Shown here: positions 56,529 to 64,000 of the stretch, in pieces
Position numbering within the stretch: the stretch's first letter is position 1
Layout: the number at the start of each line of letters is the position of its first letter
Source: Fistulifera solaris
Taxonomy: Eukaryota
Length of the DNA: 64,000 nt
Direction of reading: 5' to 3'
Assembly: GCA_030295235.1 (NCBI GenBank)
Contig: AP026124.1
Location: 124,001-188,000 of the forward strand
Position numbers and translations under genes: made by a program
Notes under the pieces: model-generated
What the model was told of the DNA's origin: nothing
Seen by the model: only the letters and a program-made list of their open reading frames with translations
The model's database searches: none

Positions 56529-58945
56529 AGCGTTTAAACGACGTACTGCGCGGTTGCGCGCCTCATGTCGATGCCGGAATTGAGGCTTCACTGACAGCTT
56601 GCGCTTGCTGTTTGCCGTCTTTTTGTAATGACAATCTATTGTGCCTAAGAGCGATGTGAGAGAAATGTTATTACTAACCGAATTGCAGCCTTTCATTGTC
56701 CTTCGCAAGGTGAGATTGTGCCAGAGGAGCGGAGCGCGACGTGAAGCTATTTCTTTCGGCGTGCGATGCAGGATGCAGACGGACTTTTCGAGACCGACGT
56801 TTCGCTTGAGAGAGGCGTTAGAAATTGTTCTTCACTCGTCACTGACTGCGAAAACAGTGTAGAATGATCCAACTGCAAATAAATCAGTCAATACCGGATG
56901 CCAGAGGGCTCCGTATAAAATCAATGCCATTATTTGCAGTTTCTTCGCTTTTTACAGTACATTTGCCGTTTTAAAAAGCCTTTGAAAGTACTTATTTATC
57001 ACTAATCACGGAACTAACCTTGGTCCTTTTCGATGAATTTTTTGTTGGGCGGATGTGGTTCCGGATTATTCAACAGTCACGACATTTCTGCGAAGAACAG
57101 TCACCGTGCTTTGTGCAATAGATTGTACGCCCAATAGCCCAATAGACACGAGACATGTTTTCGACATTTTCTTGTTTCATGCCCCGTTTACACTTTACAT
57201 CAGAGTTTTTATCGAATGACATTGTCCTTAACCCTACAGGTGCCAATTTCAGGCAATTGCGGACGTCATGCGTCATGCCTGATTTGCGGCTCGTCCTCAG
57301 TCCTCCGCTCGTCCTACCTGGTACATGGTGAGTCTTACCGGTACCGCTAGGTACCGGCACCGTACCAGTGCCGGTTGGTATAGGATTTCCCTACGTATTT
57401 TCTACGCACTTTTTTGTACAGCAACGGAGAGGAATTTTAACCTAAGCCCTAACGATTCTTATCCTTTTGCAATTAACAAGGATGAATTTAGTTGTAGGTT
57501 GTATTCTAGTAGCCGACCGCATAGTAACTCGCAGTTAGATTAGGCAAAGGTCTAAGTCGATATCTAAAGGTCACTGTTCCTCCGATTCACCTTTCTGCGC
57601 ATCAATTATACCGCCATCATACAAAAGCTTACGTGATGACCAAAGTCGATGACAAAAGTTTACTGCGCACGGATAGCTCAGCAAACTCGGCAACAACAGA
57701 AGTTACGATACAAAGGGTCTATCTACAAAGAGATAGAATGCTGTTGAACAAGTAAGCAACAAGGAGAGTCGATGCTAACCAAATTACAACAGAAACCAGG
57801 CGTCGTCAGGCGCCTTAAGCTAAGACTTAAGCTAAGATAAAAATAATTTTTTAAAAAAGATCATCTAGAGAGCTATTGATAAATATTAAACACTTTACCA
57901 CCTCAATCTTAAAATAAGATGTTGTCGAAAATACCGTTCAGCTCTATCTGGAGAAAAGAAAAATTTCGCATCAAAAAACTTCCGTTGCCCGACTGCCATT
58001 TTTGTATGAATCTTGAAAATACTTTGAATACTTGCAGACACACAAAATTGTGGTTCTGAAGTTTCATAAACCAGCGTAGATTTGTTTCAATTGCTTTAGG
58101 TCGTTCTGATGATTTATTAAAGAAAGCCTCCTGTCACGTTTAAACTGTTGAACACTGCTCAAACGCGTTGTGCTAACGACGTTTTTGCCTTTGCTGTGTA
58201 CTTTATGTGCAATGGTAGCTCCAGAGTAAGAGTTTCTCTGTGAAGTCATTCACTATCGTGTTCAGCGAAAGGTTCGGAGATCGGAATTTTACGACGAACT
58301 ATGAACACCACTTCATTGCAGATCGAATTGATGCATCACGGCACGATAGTGCGAAGCAGCGGGCTCTTTGTGACGAAGGACGACTTTACATTAACATAGT
58401 TTTTCGCGTAGCAACGACTTGTCGGATTTCTCATGGTTTCTTTCCTTTTAATGGCTCATTTTTTTACTGGCTTTTCGAGAAAAATGCGGCAGACGTATTA
58501 CTAGTGATTGAAGGACTCCCACGATTTTTTCACAGTTCACGTCATGGTGGTACTTTTCGAAACGGCACCGGTATTTCTTCACCCGCTATACCCCGACGGT
58601 ATATTTTTCCAAAAATACTCAACGTACTATGCCAAAAGCAGAAACTACTTCGAGTATTTTTGGAAAAACATACCAAATTGGTATAGCAAGACGTAGAAAA
58701 GACGTAGAAGTGGTATAAATGTACGGGAGGCTGGTACGGTACTTGTATCTGGTATCGTCCGCGACGCGGCTTCTCCCTTTCGCCTTTTGACCTTTTTGAT
58801 TGTTGCAGGGGGGAATCACGCTTGTTGTTGGACCAAACAGATTATTACCAGGTACGGTACTTACAGCAAACTGCTGCAAACAGTTCTATTGTCTTGCACT
58901 TCTGGGCCATAACTCTAACTTTAGCTGCAGAAATAGACACACTCG

Positions 58946-59413
58946 ATGTACAAATTGTGGTTGCTGCTTACCACAATGATTTCTTTCCGAGCCGCGCAAT
59001 CGTTTTCGGTACTACGGCACCATACGCCGGCTCCGATGCTACATGCAAAGGCGTCCTTTCGATTATTCAGTGTTTCTGGTGAAGCTGGTACCAGTCTTGT
59101 TGATATCTGCCACAAGAAAATTCAGGATGCACTGCAAGCAGATTCTGTCAAGGTAACAGGTCAGTGCTGTGAAGTACCTCTTTTCCCTCGCCTTTTAGAA
59201 GAACTGGTAACCATTCAACTCACATTCTTTTATTCATCAGGAGCCTACGACGATCCGAACGGCTCACATATCTCCATAGAGGTTGTGTCGAGCATGTTTG
59301 TTGGGAAACGAGCCGTGCAGCGACAGCAACTGGTCTACAAAGCTATCTGGGAAGAGCTGCAAGGGCCGGTGCACGCTGTAGATTCCATGGTTTGCAAGAC
59401 ACCAGACGAGTAA
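58946..59413 (+). CDS. BolA-family protein, plastid-type presequence; in-frame intron 59160-59240
   Basis: GSHISIEVVSSMFVGKRAVQRQQLVYKAI...VHAV; N-terminus MYKLWLLLTTMISFRAAQS-F. Confidence 0.88.
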   Translation: MYKLWLLLTTMISFRAAQSFSVLRHHTPAPMLHAKASFRLFSVSGEAGTSLVDICHKKIQDALQADSVKVTGQCCEVPLFPRLLEELVTIQLTFFYSSGAYDDPNGSHISIEVVSSMFVGKRAVQRQQLVYKAIWEELQGPVHAVDSMVCKTPDE

Positions 59414-59509
59414 ACGCTGCGTCAGATTTAGGAACCTCACGGTATGGTAAAATTGCCATATCTAATGACTAGTTAACAAAGTTTTTTCTCATGCAATGTA
59501 GCCTTAAAT

Positions 59510-62039
59510 TTACTGAGCCTTAATTTCATTTAATGCTCGATTTGTCACGCTGGCAATTGCGTTACCATCAGCTTTGGTAATTTGATGGTATTTACCCCGT
59601 GCTGCGTTCGCAATTTCTTTGGCGAGACCAGTCGAGATAAACTTGTTTTCTGTGTCGATGCAGAGTAGGTTGAAGCCATTCAGTGATCCGAGTTTCTTCG
59701 CCAACGCAAGCACCTCTTCCTTTAGGTAGTTGCGGCTGGGCTTTCCGTCCTTCGACTCCTCGTCGGCATCCGGGTCAAACTCTTCTCCCATCGATACGCA
59801 AAGTGGAACATTCGCTCTTCCATCCGAGATTAGAACAACAACTACCTTTCCAATATCTCCACTCTTCTGTGCATTGATACCCGTCAACATTGCACTTTGT
59901 AAAGCATGAGCAAGGGGAGATCCACCACCACACGGCATTTGCTCGAGACGCTTGCGAGCCATGGTGATGGACTTGGTGGGGGCAACAAAACGTCGGACAT
60001 TTCACCTTGGAAAGGAATAAGTGAAATTTGGTCTCGGCTTTGATATGCCTCAGTCAAAAGACTGACAGCAGCACCTTTCGCAGCGTTCATGCGGTTGAGA
60101 GCCATTGACCCGGACGCATCCACAACGAAGATAATCAGTGATCCTGCTTTTCGCGCCATCTTCTTGATGCGCACATCTGATTCTTGGATAAATACACCGC
60201 GTCCTTCATTCTTGGTGCCAACGGCGCGACCACGGCGTGCCTTTTGGTAGGGGGCCGATGCACGAAGAGTAGCGTCAACTGATGATTGCAAAACAGCGTG
60301 AGATTACTGAATGTCCGAAACTAAAAAGACAATTCAACAGCAAATTTTCTTACCTGCAAGACGAACAACCTTGCCCTTGGGAAGCATTGGCTTGATGTAC
60401 CGACCACGATCTTGCGAAAAGATGAGACCGCGTCCTCCACCTTTACCCGCTCGTTCGCGACTAGAGAACTCGATCAGATCGGGATCCATGGGCGTGGCAT
60501 CGATATCAAACATAAATTCTTGCGGTACATCCGGGACATCAGGTGTATCGTTTTCGTTCTCATCCTCGTCTTTATCTTCTTCTTCTTTCTCTTCTTCCTT
60601 TTCATCTTCGTTCTGGTCTTCATTTTGTTGCTCGTCCATTTGCGGCGGCGGCGGTGGTGGCGGGGGAGGAGGAGGCATCATCTCATCCATGTCTTCAGGA
60701 GAATTGATAAAGGTTCCTCGGGGTGCAATGGCTAGTTTTACTGCCAATCGCAAATCGTCCGCGTTGACTTGTCGTCCCTCCAAAGCAGCCGATGCTCGTG
60801 CGACTTCCGCGGCAAAGATTTCAGCACGGTGGCCCTGACATCCAGCACGGATGGCTTCTTCACAAAGATACTGAATTTGAGAGGGTGCCACTTTGACATC
60901 TTTAATGTACTCGCGAGCAAACACAATCGCTGTCCTCAAGTCGTCTTCGTTTTCAATGGCAGCGGCCAAGTCGGCTTCGGCCTTTTCTGTCTTTTGTGGG
61001 CCTCCGCTGGAAAAGTTCAAGACACTGTCGACTGCATTGACACGCTCGTCCACTTCGAGTGGTTGAGCATCCGCGGACAAGGCAACGGCGATGCGGTCGA
61101 GTAAGTGATCGCGTAGTACGCCTTCATCGGGGTTGAACGTGGCGATCAAAAGAGGTTTGCAAGGATAACGTAGAGAGATACCCTCGCGTTCGACAATGAC
61201 GTAACCTTCGGTGACGACATTTAAAAGTATGTTTGCCGTTTCTTCATCCAACAGGTTGATATCGTCGACGTACAAAACACCGCGATGTGCTTTTGCGAGT
61301 AAACCCGGAGAGAAGACACTTTTTCCTGTCTTGACACTCTCTTCCAAATCAGCACTACCAATGAGACGGTCTTCCATGACATTCAGTGGAACTTGCACGA
61401 AAGGACATGGAATGACTTCCGTCTCTCGTTCCGAAAGGGGTGTTCCTCCATTGTCTAAACTCCTCTGCGTGAAGTCATCGAGACCAAACTCTCCCTCCGG
61501 ATCGATGTTAAATGGCGATCCTTTGATAACTTCAATGGGCGGCAACAACTGGTGCAACGCTCGAGCCATGACTGATTTGGCGGTACCTTTCCCACCGGAA
61601 ATAACAACTCCACCCATTCGATTGTTGACAGCGGACAAGAGGAGCGCCTGTTTAATAGCGTCTTGACCTACGATCATGGATAGAGGAAACGGACGACCTC
61701 CGGTATCCATCATTTTATTATCTTTTATAGTGACAGTTTCCGCCTCCATTGCGGCGCGTGCTCGCTCTTCGGCCGATAAAGGATCGGCAACGGCGCTCAC
61801 GAAAGTGGTTTGTGCGCCATGGTGACGAACACTTCGACTTGTCGGCATAAAGGTAAAGGCATGACTCTGTGTTGAGAAAGAGAGACGAGTGTGTCAGTCA
61901 GTCAGTCAGTAACGTTCTTAAAAATGAATAACGAAGAAACCCCTTTTCAGTGTATTTTTTCGTCCTCCTTTTCAAGACGTACCGTTTCACAAGCGACCAA
62001 CAAGGCCAGCGATAACTGAAACGCTCGCCTAAGACCCAT
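59510..62039 (-). CDS. chlD: Magnesium chelatase subunit D; introns 61982-61867 and 60353-60279; frameshift near 59978
   Basis: Signal peptide ...[25 protein letters not shown], poly-Pro/acidic linker, v[28 protein letters not shown]. Confidence 0.95.
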
Positions 62040-62573
62040 TGCCTTGGCTTGTTGCTTTGATAAAAATTGATAAAAAGAAATATAAACTATACAAATCAAA
62101 TCCTAACAAGCCCTAACAAACAACCAAGACCAGAGTGATTGATTGAATTGTACAGTGGATTTGGCGTCGTTGAAGTCTCTTTTTCTCTTTGCTTGCACTT
62201 TTGTTCGTCGGTCGGTGGACACAACCGTTCACTTTCGTACGAGAGAGAGCCTTCCACTCATCATCATCATCATCATCCGCCGCGTTTGACGTTGTTGTGG
62301 GCCGACTTCAACTTTCGGGTCCTTTTTGTTTCAATTCAATCACGAGTTGTGAATAAAAAAAACTTTTATAGTATATAATCACGGAAACACTGACTACTGT
62401 AACTGTACCTGGTAACTGGTAGCCCTAAACCCTAAAATAAAAGTTGGCTGAATGCGTCTTGCATTCTGTACGGCGACACCTCATTTTTGGCGCGCTTGTT
62501 TCGCACCTCGCACCGTCCTTTTCACAGCACGTTCTTTGCCAAACAAAGCATACGAATAGACAAAAAAGAAACG

Positions 62574-63338
62574 ATGCATCCCGAAGCATTGACTAGCAAC
62601 TTTGAAGTGTACGTCTCGAAAGACACGTTCAAATTCAACGCCGCTCATTTTGTCGCATTTCAAGGATATCGTGAGCGTCTGCACGGACACAATTATCAAG
62701 TTGGTGTTCGACTGCTCGGTCGTAGAACATTGGGAGCCGACGGTTATGTCATTGATTTTGGAAATATTAAAGCTGTTTGTAAGACTGTTTGCAAGAAACT
62801 CAACGAACACTTTCTTTGTCCCATGTACTCGGATGTATTGAAGATTGAGTCGGACGACAACACCAACACGAATATACGCATTACATGCCAGGATGGTTCC
62901 AGCTTTTCTTTTCCACCACAAGACTGTGCTATGTTACCGATTGTACATGCCACTACGGAAGAAATCGCCATTTATTTGTGGTCCGAAATATTGAAAGGAC
63001 TCAACTCACAGTATTTGGTGCAACGAGGGATACACACCATGGAAGTTACGGTGGCGGAAGCACCGGGGCAACAAGCCACTTTTCGATGGGAAATTCCACA
63101 ACAAGTAATGGAAGAGAACTTCTCGTTGGATGTTCGAACATTTCTTCAAACAGGACAAGTCGTTCCGATGCCTTGTCTGGAGCAAGACAAGCAAAACAAG
63201 TCGACATGCTGTGATGGTTGCCAGAATCATTTTGCTACTCAACTCGAACGACTCGCCAAAGCGATCAATCAACGAACTACAACAGAAGCCATGACACCGG
63301 ATGAGTTACAAAACATGTTAAATCATAGTCTTTCATAA
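62574..63338 (+). CDS. 6-pyruvoyltetrahydropterin synthase paralogue, PTPS-III (Glu) type
   Basis: KFNAAHF...RERLHGHNY, VIDFG, TTEEIA, VAEAPGQ. Confidence 0.85.
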   Translation: MHPEALTSNFEVYVSKDTFKFNAAHFVAFQGYRERLHGHNYQVGVRLLGRRTLGADGYVIDFGNIKAVCKTVCKKLNEHFLCPMYSDVLKIESDDNTNTNIRITCQDGSSFSFPPQDCAMLPIVHATTEEIAIYLWSEILKGLNSQYLVQRGIHTMEVTVAEAPGQQATFRWEIPQQVMEENFSLDVRTFLQTGQVVPMPCLEQDKQNKSTCCDGCQNHFATQLERLAKAINQRTTTEAMTPDELQNMLNHSLS

Positions 63339-63392
63339 GAAATAAACACACGAGCGAGTTTTCTGACATTCTCCCGAAAACGTAAATCTTTT

Positions 63393-64000
63393 TTACGCCT
63401 TCTTGGCTTTGGGTGCAGGTTCCGAGTGCTTTGACGCCAGAGAGTAAGCAAATGTACCCAAAATGGCAATCGCTGAACCGATGACGGTGTTGCGTTCCAT
63501 GGCTTCCGCAAAGACAAAAGCGGAAACTACAATAATGATGACTCGCTTGGCCGTGTTGAGCACCGATGATGTCACGGCACCGACACTCGCCGTGAACTGG
63601 AACGCTAATTCGTTGTACATGTAGAAGCAAAAGCCACTCATGACAATATTGTAAGCCAAAGCCTGCATGCCATGCTTGTCAATCGCGTGGTCGATTTCGC
63701 TCTTGAGTGTCGGCATTTCACTGACGACAACAAACGGGATGGTGCAAATGAAGGAGATGATGTTCATGACAGCGTAGACGTTGGTGGCATCCATGTTCTT
63801 GGTTTTATCGGATTTCAAGGCTTTGGTGACAGAGCTGCCCAACTTTCCCTTCAAGGCGGCCGCCGCGTTGGCCATGGAAGCATAAAGGAAGGCTTCTACA
63901 TTAATATCAATACCCTTTCCTTCCTTGATGCAGGCCAAACCGACACCTCCGACAATGGGAATGAGCATGGCGTAAGCCAAAATGGGCTTGACATCGGCCG
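63393..64000 (-). CDS. Triose-phosphate/phosphate translocator family (3' part)
   Basis: LIPIVGGVGLA, FYMYNELAF, SVLNTAKRVIIIV, GSAIAILGTFAYS. Confidence 0.88.
   Translation of the reverse strand, partial: ADVKPILAYAMLIPIVGGVGLACIKEGKGIDINVEAFLYASMANAAAALKGKLGSSVTKALKSDKTKNMDATNVYAVMNIISFICTIPFVVVSEMPTLKSEIDHAIDKHGMQALAYNIVMSGFCFYMYNELAFQFTASVGAVTSSVLNTAKRVIIIVVSAFVFAEAMERNTVIGSAIAILGTFAYSLASKHSEPAPKAKKA

Noticed and set aside
57000..58700. AT-rich gap with 148 aa ORF 58240-58686
   Set aside because: Non-ATG start, no motifs; no terminal repeats found to support a transposon.

Overview
Eukaryotic nuclear DNA from a photosynthetic stramenopile, most likely a diatom. Evidence: short GT-AG introns, bipartite signal peptide + F plastid presequences on hemB, chlD, BolA and iota-CA, and a Ty1/copia element. 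The left third holds a tandem family of five secreted trypsin-fold serine proteases, each with a Pro-rich stalk and a hypervariable C-terminal 6-Cys knottin-like tip, plus one protease-less stalk+knottin unit. An acyl-CoA thioesterase and a plant-type trifunctional tRNA ligase interrupt this family. The centre has three iota-class carbonic anhydrase (LCIP63/COG4875-like) paralogues with different N- and C-terminal targeting signals, two of them preceded by clusters of TGACGT/ACGTCA (CCRE-like) motifs. A very recent 7.1 kb copia element (apparently identical 452 bp LTRs, CCGCA TSD) sits in the divergent promoter of two of these genes. The right half is mostly housekeeping: DCTN4, Lon, SRR1, FANCD2-like, hemB, DPAGT1, LAMTOR5, a kinase, BolA, chlD, PTPS-III and TPT. 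Many genes carry single-base indels in homopolymer runs, best read as consensus errors. All product calls come from motif recognition only; no searches were run.
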